The notes: generated by a model from the letters alone, not told the origin. DNA of 64,000 nt from an uncultured Bacteroidia bacterium (GCA_943788195.1 CALSPH010000001.1:829467-893466), one strand, 5' to 3'. Positions 11,632 through 21,714 are shown, numbered from the stretch's first letter. Program-made: numbers and translations.

Positions 11632-13650
11632 TTGGCGAAATGCACTACTTTTGTGGTCTTGAAAAAACAAATTGTAACTGCGGCACTTCCGTATGCAAAT
11701 GGTCCTTTGCATATAGGTCATTTGGCAGGGTGTTATTTGCCTTCGGATATTTATGCCCGATTTCAAAAAGCGAAAGGGAATGATGTTGCATTTGTTTGTG
11801 GGAGTGACGAGCATGGTGTTCCTATTAGTTTAAGGGCAAAAGCAGAAAATAAAACCCCGCAGGAAGTGGTGGATTTTTATCACAACTTGATGCAAGAAAC
11901 TTTTGTACGGATGGGTATTGAATTTGACCATTACAGCAGAACAAGCAGTAAGGTGCACCATGAAACCGCTCAAGAATTCTTCAAGAAATTGTATGATCAA
12001 GAAACCTTTTTAACACAAACATCGGAACAATTATATGATGCGGAAGCAAATCAGTTTTTGGCAGATCGCTATATAACTGGCACTTGTCCAAATTGTTCGT
12101 ATGAGAAAGCATATGGTGATCAATGTGAAAATTGTGGAAAGGCACTTAGCCCAGATGAATTGATAAATCCAACTTCTGCTTTAACAGGAAACAAGCCTGA
12201 ATTAAAATCGACCACCAATTGGTATTTACCTTTGGATTCAATGCAAGCGGATTTGAGTAAATACATTGAATCCAAAAAAGGGATATGGAAAAACGCAGTA
12301 TATGGTCAATGCAATAGTTGGTTAAAGGATGGTTTAAAGCCCAGAGCAATGACCCGAGACCTAAACTGGGGTGTTTCCTTACCTGTCCCAGATACAGAGG
12401 GTAAAGTGATGTATGTGTGGTTTGATGCGCCCTTAGGTTATATTAGTGCCACTAAAGAATTTATGCCCGACCAGTGGGAAGATTACTGGAAAGACCCCAA
12501 CACTGAATTGATTCATTTTATAGGGAAAGACAATATTGTATTTCATTGCCTCATTTTTCCAGCCATGTTAATGGCAGAAGGTTCCTATGTGCTGCCAAAC
12601 ATCGTTGCTGCCAATGAGTTTTTAAACTTGGAAGGTGAGAAAATTTCAACATCCCGAAACTATGCTGTATGGGTCCACGAATACTTGAATGATTTTAAAG
12701 ATCGAGCGGATGAAATGCGTTATGTGTTATGCTCCATCGCACCTGAAAATAAAGATGCCGATTTTAGTTGGGAGGGTTTTCAAGCCCGTGTCAACAATGA
12801 GTTGGTGGCGATATTCGGTAATTTTATCAATCGGGTAAGTGTGTTAACCCAGAAGTATTACGAAGGTGTGGTTCCAGAAGCAAATAATTCTGCAGTTGAA
12901 GAAGATTTATGGAAAGAGGCATTTTGGTTTGTAGAAGCTATAGAAACTCAGATTGTGAATTATCAATTCAGAGATGCGTTGGCCAGTTGGATTAATTTGA
13001 GCAGACTTGGGAATAAATATTTAGCAGATCAAGAACCCTGGAAAACCATAAAGACGGACCAAGTAAGAACCAACACTATCATGCATAATGCCATAAATTT
13101 GGCAGCACTCATAGGGGTGTATTCTAAACCGTTTTTACCCGCCACTTACAGTAAGTTGGCACAGCCACTGAAGATTGAGAACGCGCCTTTAGAATATAGC
13201 GCTCTTTCAGTTCCATCAGGAACTCAAGTAGAAAATATACCCTTATTGTTTCAGCAAATTACAGATGAGGAAGTAACCCAGCAACAAGAAAAACTTAAAC
13301 CAAAAGATTTATTTAAATTAAAACCTATGATTCAGTACGATGATTTTGCTAAAATGCAACTGGTTTCAGCAACCATTAAAGAGGCTAAAAAGGTGGAAAA
13401 TGCAGATAAATTGCTTCAAATCACCTTGGCGGTTTCCGATGATGAAGACAAAACGGTTTTATCAGGGATTGCAATGCATTATAAACCGGAAGAGATTGTT
13501 GGAAAACAAGTTACTTATTTGGCGAACCTTGCTCCTCGTAAAATGCGGGGAATTATGTCTGAGGGGATGATTTTAATGGCTGAGTCGGAAGGGAAATTGG
13601 TTTTTGTTTCGCCAGAAAGTACGATAGAAAATGGAAGTGAAATTGCATAA
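11632..13650 (+). CDS. metG: Methionine--tRNA ligase
   Basis: 672 aa. HIGH motif (PYANGPLHIGH), KMSKS-like 'KISTSR', zinc knuckles (CPNCS...CENCG), and a C-terminal tRNA-binding (EMAP-like) domain. Confidence 0.95.
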   Translation: MAKCTTFVVLKKQIVTAALPYANGPLHIGHLAGCYLPSDIYARFQKAKGNDVAFVCGSDEHGVPISLRAKAENKTPQEVVDFYHNLMQETFVRMGIEFDHYSRTSSKVHHETAQEFFKKLYDQETFLTQTSEQLYDAEANQFLADRYITGTCPNCSYEKAYGDQCENCGKALSPDELINPTSALTGNKPELKSTTNWYLPLDSMQADLSKYIESKKGIWKNAVYGQCNSWLKDGLKPRAMTRDLNWGVSLPVPDTEGKVMYVWFDAPLGYISATKEFMPDQWEDYWKDPNTELIHFIGKDNIVFHCLIFPAMLMAEGSYVLPNIVAANEFLNLEGEKISTSRNYAVWVHEYLNDFKDRADEMRYVLCSIAPENKDADFSWEGFQARVNNELVAIFGNFINRVSVLTQKYYEGVVPEANNSAVEEDLWKEAFWFVEAIETQIVNYQFRDALASWINLSRLGNKYLADQEPWKTIKTDQVRTNTIMHNAINLAALIGVYSKPFLPATYSKLAQPLKIENAPLEYSALSVPSGTQVENIPLLFQQITDEEVTQQQEKLKPKDLFKLKPMIQYDDFAKMQLVSATIKEAKKVENADKLLQITLAVSDDEDKTVLSGIAMHYKPEEIVGKQVTYLANLAPRKMRGIMSEGMILMAESEGKLVFVSPESTIENGSEIA

Positions 13651-15187
13651 ATTAATAATTCTTGGATTAGTTGTATTGATTGCTGCATGCAATAACAACA
13701 ATAAGACCAAAGAAAAAAACAAGGAAACTGAGACCAAAGACGCTGTTCTTAATACTTCAAAAGGCGAAGAATTGGCGAAGGCATATTGTGCCTCATGTCA
13801 TAAATTTGTGCCACCATCTGCATTAGATAAACAAACCTGGCAAACAGGAATTTTTCCAGCAATGGGTCCTCGAATGGGTATTTATAGTCATAAAGGGATC
13901 GAATATGAGAGCGGCAAAGGTGCACAAAACACTGACGGGATTTTCCCAAATGAGCGGATGCTGGATGAAGACCAATGGCAGAAAATCATAGAATATTATA
14001 TTGGAAATGCACCAGTGAAAACTGCTCCCCAGCAGCGGTCAGAAAATTACACCTTGGATTTAAGCCTTTTTTCTGTCATGACCATCGCTTCAAATAGTGT
14101 TAGTCCGATTATTAGCTTGGTTAAAGTGAAAGAGTCGGGAGGGTTTTTTATTTATGACGCAAATTCTAAAGGATTGGCAAGCATGAACGGAAAAGGAGAA
14201 ACTGAATTTTTTACCAATATCCCTAATCCTGTTTCCTCCATAGTGCCTTATAAAAAAGGGTTTTTAATTACCAATATTGGTTCTTTAATGCCAAGTGATG
14301 TATGGAAAGGGCAAATAAATTATGCAACGGTTAACAATGGTGCTGTAATACTGAATAAGCAAATTAGAGACAAAGTTGAACGGCCAGTAAAAATTGTTTT
14401 GGCAGATTTAAATGGAGATAAAGTGGATGATATTGTGGTTTGTGGCTATGGACACAATAAAGGAGATTTCTATTGGTTAGATGGAGTAAGTTATGCCAAA
14501 AAGTCGATTAAAAATATTCCTGGTGCAATAAGTACTCAAGCAGTAGACTATGATAAGGATGGTGATATGGATTTGTTTACACTCTTTGCCCAAGGCACAG
14601 AACAAATTGTTTATTTTGAAAACGATGGCAAAGGTAAATTCAAGGAAACTACCATTAAGGAATTCATTCCAGTTCAAGGCAGCACAAGTATTCAAATTGT
14701 GGATCTTAATAAAGATGGTCATCTGGATATATTGTATACCAGTGGTGACAACGCGGATCATTCTGTGGTATTTAAAAACTATCATGGAGTGTACATTTAT
14801 CTTGGGAACGGAACAAAGCAATTTGAACAATCCTTTTTCTATCCAATGAATGGTGCATTTAAGGCTTTAACGAGTGATTTTGATGGTGATGGTGATTTAG
14901 ATATTGCGGCTATTTCCTTTTTTGCCGATTATGTGAAACAGCCTTATGAAGGTTTTCTGTATTTTGAGCAAACCAGTGATATGAAGTTTAAAGTGAGTAC
15001 AAATCCGGAAACCTACAAAGGTAGATGGCTCACTATGGATGTTGGTGATATAGATAAAGATGGGGACGATGATATTGTTTTGGGCAATTTTTCTGTGGGA
15101 CCAACCATTATGCCAGAAACCATTTACAAAACGTGGATGGAAGGACCAGCTGCAATGATTCTATTAAATAATCGAGTACAACAGTAG
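13631..15187 (+). CDS. Lipoprotein with an N-terminal c-type cytochrome motif (CASCH) and FG-GAP/VCBS repeats
   Basis: Lipobox (LIAAC). One CXXCH site. Repeated D-x-[DN]-x-D-G-x-x-D calcium-binding FG-GAP loops (DLNGDKVDD, DYDKDGDMD, DLNKDGHLD, DFDGDGDLD, DIDKDGDDD). The start overlaps the metG stop by 20 nt; an alternative TTG start lies at 13643. Confidence 0.6.
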   Translation: MEVKLHKLIILGLVVLIAACNNNNKTKEKNKETETKDAVLNTSKGEELAKAYCASCHKFVPPSALDKQTWQTGIFPAMGPRMGIYSHKGIEYESGKGAQNTDGIFPNERMLDEDQWQKIIEYYIGNAPVKTAPQQRSENYTLDLSLFSVMTIASNSVSPIISLVKVKESGGFFIYDANSKGLASMNGKGETEFFTNIPNPVSSIVPYKKGFLITNIGSLMPSDVWKGQINYATVNNGAVILNKQIRDKVERPVKIVLADLNGDKVDDIVVCGYGHNKGDFYWLDGVSYAKKSIKNIPGAISTQAVDYDKDGDMDLFTLFAQGTEQIVYFENDGKGKFKETTIKEFIPVQGSTSIQIVDLNKDGHLDILYTSGDNADHSVVFKNYHGVYIYLGNGTKQFEQSFFYPMNGAFKALTSDFDGDGDLDIAAISFFADYVKQPYEGFLYFEQTSDMKFKVSTNPETYKGRWLTMDVGDIDKDGDDDIVLGNFSVGPTIMPETIYKTWMEGPAAMILLNNRVQQ

Positions 15188-15190
15188 CAA

Positions 15191-15529
15191 ATGCTCAGTC
15201 GTACTATAAAAATATCCTTAGGTGTTTTATTAATCCTATTTGCCATGGTGCAATACAATGATCCAGATCCGGGTTTATGGATACTTTTTTATGGTATTGG
15301 TGCATTCTTTTGTATTTCTTCAGCTTTCTACCGCACGCAATATAGTGACCTGGCCATGTATGTTTATATCGCCATTTGTATTGTATTTGCAATAATAAAC
15401 TGGCCAGAGGTTTGGATGGGATTTGATCAAGATGCTGTTTTGCCTAACCCTAATGTAGAGCAAGCACGTGAGTCTTGTGGTTTATTAATTTCTGCATTGT
15501 TTGTTGCAGTATGTCGATTCATAAAGTAA
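15191..15529 (+). CDS. Small integral membrane protein, 3-4 TM helices, hypothetical
   Basis: 112 aa with hydrophobic helices. It begins 4 nt after the upstream lipoprotein gene ends. Confidence 0.4.
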   Translation: MLSRTIKISLGVLLILFAMVQYNDPDPGLWILFYGIGAFFCISSAFYRTQYSDLAMYVYIAICIVFAIINWPEVWMGFDQDAVLPNPNVEQARESCGLLISALFVAVCRFIK

Positions 15530-15576
15530 TTCGATTTTTTCAGGAACAACTTAAGATTAATGTTGATATTGTTCCT

Positions 15577-15663
15577 TGGTGCCCAGAAGGAGATTCGAAC
15601 TCCTACGCCCTTGCGAGCACAGCCCCCTCAAGGCTGCGTGTCTACCAATTTCACCACCTGGGC
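15577..15663 (-). tRNA. tRNA-Leu (anticodon GAG), class II with a long variable arm
   Basis: Minus-strand sequence GCCCAGGTGGTGAAATTGGTAGACACGCAGCCTTGAGGGGGCTGTGCTCGCAAGGGCGTAGGAGTTCGAATCTCCTTCTGGGCACCA. Cloverleaf with a 7-bp acceptor stem, anticodon loop TTGAGGG (GAG), T-loop GGTTCGAATCC-like, and an encoded CCA. Confidence 0.85.
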
Positions 15664-16175
15664 TATTTGTCTTTATCGTTTTTTTCTCTTTCAAATATAT
15701 GAAAAGAGAAATTGTGTTTATGTGTTTCGTCTTGCTCATGAAATTCTTCGAATGTAGTATCCCATACTGCAAGATTAATTTCAGGATAGAAAGCATCCGC
15801 ATCATCAAAACGCGCATCCACCTTTGTAATGTATAATCGATGGCAGATATCTAAGCTAGAGGCATATAGTTTGCCGCCACCAATAATATAAATTTCATCA
15901 ATCGCAGTTCGAGTTGCCATTTCTATGGCCTGCTCTAAACTTCTAGCCCATTCAAATCCCGGTAAAACCAAGTTAGGATTGCTTGAAAGAACAATGTTCC
16001 GTCTTTTGGGCAATGGCTTTTTTAAAGCCGTCATGGTATTTCTTCCCATAATCACCGGATGAGTAATGGTTTTTTCTTTAAACCATGCCATGTCCTTAGG
16101 CAGATGCCAAAGCAATTGATTGTTTTTACCAATGGCTAAATTTTCTGAATGAGCGACTATTTGAGAGATTATCAT
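15663..16175 (-). CDS. folA: Dihydrofolate reductase
   Basis: 170 aa. 'IGKNNQLLWHLPKDMAWFKEKT' and 'IMGRNTMTAL' are DHFR hallmarks. Confidence 0.9.
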   Translation of the reverse strand: MIISQIVAHSENLAIGKNNQLLWHLPKDMAWFKEKTITHPVIMGRNTMTALKKPLPKRRNIVLSSNPNLVLPGFEWARSLEQAIEMATRTAIDEIYIIGGGKLYASSLDICHRLYITKVDARFDDADAFYPEINLAVWDTTFEEFHEQDETHKHNFSFHIFEREKNDKDK

Positions 16176-16267
16176 TAGGGCTGCAAATGTAAGCTTAATT
16201 CATTTCAGAAAGGAAAGAAATACGGAACAATTTGAATAAAAAGATTCACTCCGAAATCCGACCATTT

Positions 16268-17481
16268 ATGTGACCTCGCTATCTGGAGTCAGGTGGGTTT
16301 AAATTAAACCGAATGGAAAATACATTACTGTATAAAACAGTGCCTTTGCCTGCAAAATTTGCGATGGCATAATCTAAGGTAAAAGTTTTGAGCTGAAGCC
16401 CTACACCAGCCGAAGGAAGCAGATACAAGCGGTTCTTGTCGCCTTTGGCATTCAGTATACGTTGGTAGTTTCCTACCCCAGCACGCAGTGAAAGTTATGT
16501 ATCTTCATTAAAAGCATAAATACCTTCTATCCCTGTTCGGGGTCCGATACTAAATAAACCCGTTTTTATTAAGGTGTTTCTTCTGCCATCAAAAGTAATT
16601 TCTAAACCTATCTCAGCTTGAAGGGTCAAAGCATCGATATCTATTTTTTTGGAAATGCCCGTAACGATTCGTGGAACAGTTATCTCTAAAGAGTTAACGG
16701 GAATTTCATTCCCAGTTACAGCAAATACTTCGCGTGCATAGTCCTTATTCCCACCTGTACTTAATGCATCCATATCAAAACGCCAAGCGGTAAAAGTAGA
16801 AGTAGCATCGTATAGCATAGCTCCAAAACCCAGTCCAGTCTTCGTGTTATTTAGCTGGATGCTCGCATCCAAACCGAAACCCCAAGCTTTGGCAAATTGT
16901 CCCCCACGTCTACGGATTATTTAGGTGTTAACCCCATAGGCAAAGTCCAAGTGTCGTTGGCCTTTGATTTGTATTTTTTGGCCCATGGATCCAATCAAGG
17001 CAAAATCTACTGCACTAAATGAGGATACACGACTGTAATTTATTTCACCATTTTCAATCAGGTTAATGGTATTCAATATTCCATCCACCCCCATACGAAC
17101 AAACGAAAGGGCAAATCCAGTTTTCTTTTTTGGGCCTCCAAAGGCGATACTGCCGTAATCATAGTTGGCTATGCCACCAAAATAGGCAGCATGCATAAAC
17201 GTAGCTTGTATGTTGTCATTGATCTTGGTTAAGGCTGCTGGATTCCAATATCCAGCTGTGGCATCATCAACCAAAGAAGTGATTGCGCCCGACATGGCAA
17301 ATGCACGCGCACCCGTACCAATCGTCAGAAAGTCATTGGAATATTTTCGAATATTCTGCGCCTCTGCCTGGCTACAAAGTAAAAGGGTCAGGATTAACGA
17401 TAATCCTTTAATCCCCCTTTTACCGTTTGTAATACACTGGGTAAAGAAGCTATTAAAGCTTGATGTGTCTCTTTGTTCCAT
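16268..17481 (-). pseudogene. PorV/FadL-like outer-membrane β-barrel protein (T9SS PorV-family candidate), interrupted by two in-frame TAA codons
   Basis: Three collinear pieces in one minus-strand frame, separated only by TAA at 16921-16923 and TAA at 16495-16497. Signal peptide (LILTLLLCSQAEAQ). N-terminal 'FLTIGTGARAFAMSGA...DATAGYWNPAAL' box. β-strand-rich body ending in 'VFSIRFNLN'. Stop TAG at 16268-16270. Confidence 0.55.
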
Positions 17482-18029
17482 TCTTCAGTAAAACCAATGC
17501 GAAAATACACCCTATTGAGTGATTTTGGCAACATGTCATCTTCTAAGTATTTATAAAGCCATTTATGCTCAATAAATTTATTCAATTTTTCGGTGAAAAC
17601 GTCTGCCTTCGACAACTTATTGTGCTCGAAATACATTTTTATTTCATCTTCTTTTACCCCTTCGAGTTCGGCATAAAATTCATCCAGATAGCTGATGTTT
17701 TCTTCCATCAACAAACGATCAATGGCCATTTCTAAAAGGATATGTGCCAAGAACCAAGTCTTCGGAATTGATTTGGCAGGAGTTTCATCTATGATTCCGC
17801 CTATTTTTTCACACATATCATCAAAAAATGCATGCGAATGAAAATGTCCATCCCGCTCGATATGTTTCATTGCACCCAAATAAAGGGGATGCTGCGTGTC
17901 ATAAATGGGTTCAGGTTTAAAACGCTGCAGGGTAAGCATCTTTAAAAAATCTGGAAAAACCAGTCCTAAATGGTATAGGGAATTCCCAGAATCTTTTCGA
18001 TCATAATGAAAATGAGATAAAAAATTCAA
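17394..18029 (-). CDS. acpH: Acyl carrier protein phosphodiesterase-like (AcpH family)
   Basis: The N-terminus 'MNFLSHFHYDR...' resembles AcpH 'MNFLAHLHLA'. ~210 aa. The 3' end overlaps the annotated OMP ORF start, so the OMP's true start is probably internal. Confidence 0.5.
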   Translation of the reverse strand: MNFLSHFHYDRKDSGNSLYHLGLVFPDFLKMLTLQRFKPEPIYDTQHPLYLGAMKHIERDGHFHSHAFFDDMCEKIGGIIDETPAKSIPKTWFLAHILLEMAIDRLLMEENISYLDEFYAELEGVKEDEIKMYFEHNKLSKADVFTEKLNKFIEHKWLYKYLEDDMLPKSLNRVYFRIGFTEEWNKETHQALIASLPSVLQTVKGGLKDYR

Positions 18030-18171
18030 GACTACGAATATCGCTAATTACGGGCATTAATTCATTATGGACAATGGAGTTTTGCGAAATTTGACCGAGA
18101 TGGGAGGGTAAAGGGAAGGATATGCAACGGTTGAGTACTGATGACTTTGCGGGAAATTCCCGTTTTCTTGC

Positions 18172-20070
18172 TTATTTTTTTTTAAAGAAATTGAGCGGGA
18201 TAGTGATGATTGCACGTACACCCCTACCTTCTTCTATCGATTTTTTATCGATGATTTGAAGGGTAGCTTTACGATTCAACTTATTGGATGCCTGTATAAT
18301 GTGCAGACGTTTTTTGGTTATGGCTATACCCTTTGATTTATGCTGTTTTAGTGTTGGATTTACATTGAGGCCTATGCCATTGTCTTCTACATGTATTACT
18401 AACTCTTGAAATACTTTATGAAAGCTAATTTCTAATTTGCCGGGATAATCAATTCCAGAAAATGCATGTTTGGTTGCATTCTCAACCATTGGTTGAATAA
18501 TAAAGGGTGGAATTTCCACATGGTTCGCATCCAGTTCAGGATCAACTTTGATAACGAATTCAAATAAATCGGGTAATCGGATTTTTTCTAAATTTAGGTA
18601 TTGTTCTAAGAACCCAATTTCTTCACTCAAGGTGATGGATTTCTTATCAGCAAATGAAAAACTATTGCGGATGAGTTTGCCAAAGTTACCAATGTAAATG
18701 ATGGCAGAATCCACTTTATTTTTTAGAATGTAAAATTGAATAGAGCTCAGTGCATTGAAAATAAAATGCGGATTCATTTGGCTCTTTAATGCATGAAGTT
18801 CCATTTCTTTCTTTTCAATAGCCAACATTCGATTCTCTTCATTCTTTTTTAATAGATTGAGCTCGGATATAGCTTTCGTTTCCTTGAGTTGATTGATATT
18901 GTATCCAAGTACAAAGGAGAGGAGAAATGTTTCAATGATTGCACCTAATGGGGTTAAATAGAGTTTGAATAAAGAATAATCGATTAATCCAAAATTCAAT
19001 CCTGCAAAAACAAATCCTCCGAATAACAAGAAACTCCAAGCAATAATAAATGAAATAGCCAAAAATCGGTTATACCTTATTGAATCAATCATGATCCAAA
19101 ATGCCATGAAGTAGCTTAATAGATATATAATATTTAGTAATTTATACCCTAAGGCTATCTTTGATGTATAGAAAACAAAAATCAGAGTTATTATATACAA
19201 TAAGGAATGCCATTTAAACAATTTGTGTATTGTTTTTTTTATAGCAAAATCAAAATATTTGAGTATAAAGGAAATTGCAAGAGGTCCTAAAATTGAAGAA
19301 AATAGAATAGCATCATATTTGGCCAAGAAAACAGAGAAAGCAAAGAAATGCCCTAACCCATTTCCAAAGAGGGTTGAATGTGTTAGAGCAATAATTATTA
19401 TGTAAAAGACATAATGAAGTTGCAGCTTATTCCTTACAATAAGGAATAGAAAAAGATTAAAAAATGCCATCAACATCATTATGCCCACAAACAACCCAAA
19501 GAATAATTCTCGCTGCGCAAAACCTTTGTAATATGAGGTTAGCGAATATAAATGAACGGGGATAAGTCCTTCCTCATCCATAAAGACTTTTATATAAAAC
19601 GTTTTTGTTTCTCCCTTATTTAATGAGATTCGGTAAGAAGGATATGCCTCTTTTAAATCACGTTGAACCCATGGATAAATATCTCCTGACTTATGTATTG
19701 AGTAGGTGCCAAGATTGCTTTTTTCAAAGATTTCAAAGTGGTCAGTATTTGGGTTTTCACAAGAAATTACAAAAGTGGATGATGCAATGGTCTGGGTCAA
19801 TTCTACTTTTAATAAGTATGCATCTCTTTCACTGTTGAAGAATAAGGACTGTTTGCCTAACTCTTTCCATTTCAGGCTATCTTCAGGTAACTGAAAGGAG
19901 AAATTCCTATTTACTAGGGTGATTGGGCTGTTTTCAACTAAGTTTATTTTTTCTGCATTGGTGTCAATTGGCTTGGCTGCATAAACATGCAGGGATGAAA
20001 ACCAGATGAGGCAATGAAAAATATGGTTTAGATATTGCTTCATTGCTTTGCAGGTAAGGCCCATTTCCAA
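18172..20070 (-). CDS. Sensor histidine kinase, 7TMR-DISM/LytS-YehU type
   Basis: 632 aa. Extracellular domain plus 7 TM helices (7TMR-DISM). 'NPHFIFNALSSI' His-kinase (HisKA_3/LytS) box. HATPase_c motifs (DNGIGL). No response regulator is adjacent. Confidence 0.8.
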   Translation of the reverse strand: MEMGLTCKAMKQYLNHIFHCLIWFSSLHVYAAKPIDTNAEKINLVENSPITLVNRNFSFQLPEDSLKWKELGKQSLFFNSERDAYLLKVELTQTIASSTFVISCENPNTDHFEIFEKSNLGTYSIHKSGDIYPWVQRDLKEAYPSYRISLNKGETKTFYIKVFMDEEGLIPVHLYSLTSYYKGFAQRELFFGLFVGIMMLMAFFNLFLFLIVRNKLQLHYVFYIIIIALTHSTLFGNGLGHFFAFSVFLAKYDAILFSSILGPLAISFILKYFDFAIKKTIHKLFKWHSLLYIITLIFVFYTSKIALGYKLLNIIYLLSYFMAFWIMIDSIRYNRFLAISFIIAWSFLLFGGFVFAGLNFGLIDYSLFKLYLTPLGAIIETFLLSFVLGYNINQLKETKAISELNLLKKNEENRMLAIEKKEMELHALKSQMNPHFIFNALSSIQFYILKNKVDSAIIYIGNFGKLIRNSFSFADKKSITLSEEIGFLEQYLNLEKIRLPDLFEFVIKVDPELDANHVEIPPFIIQPMVENATKHAFSGIDYPGKLEISFHKVFQELVIHVEDNGIGLNVNPTLKQHKSKGIAITKKRLHIIQASNKLNRKATLQIIDKKSIEEGRGVRAIITIPLNFFKKK

Positions 20071-21626
20071 CCGGCCTTCATTTGCTGTTTTAATTCCGTT
20101 ACTATAAGTCCGTATTTCGGGTCATCCACCACATTTTTGTTTTCATCGGGGTCTTTTACATTGTCATACAATTCATGGGTTACAAAGTCTTCGGCTTCAT
20201 GGGTTTCATTGTTCCACCTGTACCAAGCTACATAATGATGGGTTTTGGTGCGGATGGAATAGCCCATATAGCGCCCGCCATCGGGTGTAATTTTGGGTCG
20301 TCTGTGAAATTGACTGAAGGCCGCTTTTTTCCAAGGACGCGTTGGGTTTTCAATCAAAGGGACAAAACTGGTGCCTTGCATATAACTGGGGGCAGGGATA
20401 TCTGCCAAGTCGCAAAGCGAAGGAAACATATCAATGAGCTCGGTAATTTCAAAGGTCTGGGCTCCTGCATTGGCTTGATTGGGGCTATACACCATCATGG
20501 GTACATGGATATCAATATTGTAATTGGTTTGCTTGCACCATCCGTTGTGCTCGCCCAATTTCCATCCGTGGTCTCCCCATACAATGATGATGGTATTGTC
20601 ATACAGTCCTTCATCTTTTAGGTGCTGCAGAATTTTGCCAAATTGGGTATCGATGTAGCTTACACTGGCGTAGTAGCCCATCTTCAACATGCGTGCAGTG
20701 TCTTCAGCCATCACATTCACACTGGGGTGCTGCAAGTTTTTAAATCCATCGTAACCGCGCAGTTCATACATTTTATTCATGGACATCACCGGTGCCATTT
20801 CAGGTAAAAAGGGATTTCGCGAAAGTGGGATGCTGTCCTTGTCGTATAAATCCCAATATTTTTTGGGTACGGCAAAGGGCAAATGCGGTCTAAAATAGCC
20901 CAAAGCCATAAAAAAGGGTTGATCTTTTTTTGCTAAGCGGGTTAGGCTGCGCTTGGCCAATTCGGTTTGAGCGCCATCAAAATACATGCTATCATGCACA
21001 TCTTCCATTTCCCAAGCGGGTCCATTGTTCCATCCGTCTGCGTAATAGTTGGGTCTTTTTTTCACCAACTCATCTCGTCTTATTTTTTGCTTGCGCTGGG
21101 TCTCTTTGTTCACATAAAACGTCTCGCCATCGCGTTTCAACCATTCGGATCGTTTGTATTGTTCGGGTCTTAGATCGGGTTCATCCCATGAAATGGAATC
21201 GGGCATATAGTTGTGAAAGATTTTGCCAATGCAAACGGTATGGTATCCATATTTCTGAAAGTGCTGGGGCATGGTAACCACATTGGGATGTTCTACTCTG
21301 AACTGGTCTCCCAAATGCCACACATGGCTGGAGTCGGGTCGCAAACCCGTCATCAAGCTGGCCCGGGAAGGCGCGCAAACGGCTGCTTGGCAGTATGTGT
21401 TGCGAAAAGTCATACCTGTTTTGGCAAAAGCATCCAAGTTTGGTGAATGGATGTACTGGTTTTCATAGGCACCGAGATTTGGACCTAAATCATCAATGGA
21501 TACAAAGAGGATGTTGTATTTATTTTTAGCAGGTTGCTCAACCTGCGGGGTATTGCAAGCATAGAAAGTGAGGTTGATGATCGCTAAGGTTAGAACTGCA
21601 AGTTGTTTTTTAAGCATGGGTATCAA
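20040..21626 (-). CDS. Sulfatase (formylglycine-dependent, iduronate-2-sulfatase-like)
   Basis: 528 aa. Signal peptide. 'CQAAVCAPSRASLMTGLRPD' carries the C-x-P-S-R formylglycine motif. Metal-binding DD/HG motifs. Confidence 0.85.
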   Translation of the reverse strand: MIPMLKKQLAVLTLAIINLTFYACNTPQVEQPAKNKYNILFVSIDDLGPNLGAYENQYIHSPNLDAFAKTGMTFRNTYCQAAVCAPSRASLMTGLRPDSSHVWHLGDQFRVEHPNVVTMPQHFQKYGYHTVCIGKIFHNYMPDSISWDEPDLRPEQYKRSEWLKRDGETFYVNKETQRKQKIRRDELVKKRPNYYADGWNNGPAWEMEDVHDSMYFDGAQTELAKRSLTRLAKKDQPFFMALGYFRPHLPFAVPKKYWDLYDKDSIPLSRNPFLPEMAPVMSMNKMYELRGYDGFKNLQHPSVNVMAEDTARMLKMGYYASVSYIDTQFGKILQHLKDEGLYDNTIIIVWGDHGWKLGEHNGWCKQTNYNIDIHVPMMVYSPNQANAGAQTFEITELIDMFPSLCDLADIPAPSYMQGTSFVPLIENPTRPWKKAAFSQFHRRPKITPDGGRYMGYSIRTKTHHYVAWYRWNNETHEAEDFVTHELYDNVKDPDENKNVVDDPKYGLIVTELKQQMKAGWKWALPAKQ

Positions 21627-21714
21627 ATATAGGAAAAGGAATGATTTCCATGAAAATTACTTCATGAATGCATCATTCAATTTGGTAATCAGCAACTTGT
21701 TAAAGGGCATCACA

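Noticed and set aside
15560-15836. Plus-strand ORFs 15560..15757 and 15576..15836
   Set aside because: They overlap the tRNA-Leu and the folA 3' end on the opposite strand and have low-complexity translation. They are artefacts.
20175-21468. Several 60-150 aa ORFs antisense to the sulfatase gene, and similar antisense ORFs inside uvrC, alaS, A2M and others
   Set aside because: They lie entirely within well-supported genes on the other strand, with no motifs. They are typical shadow ORFs.
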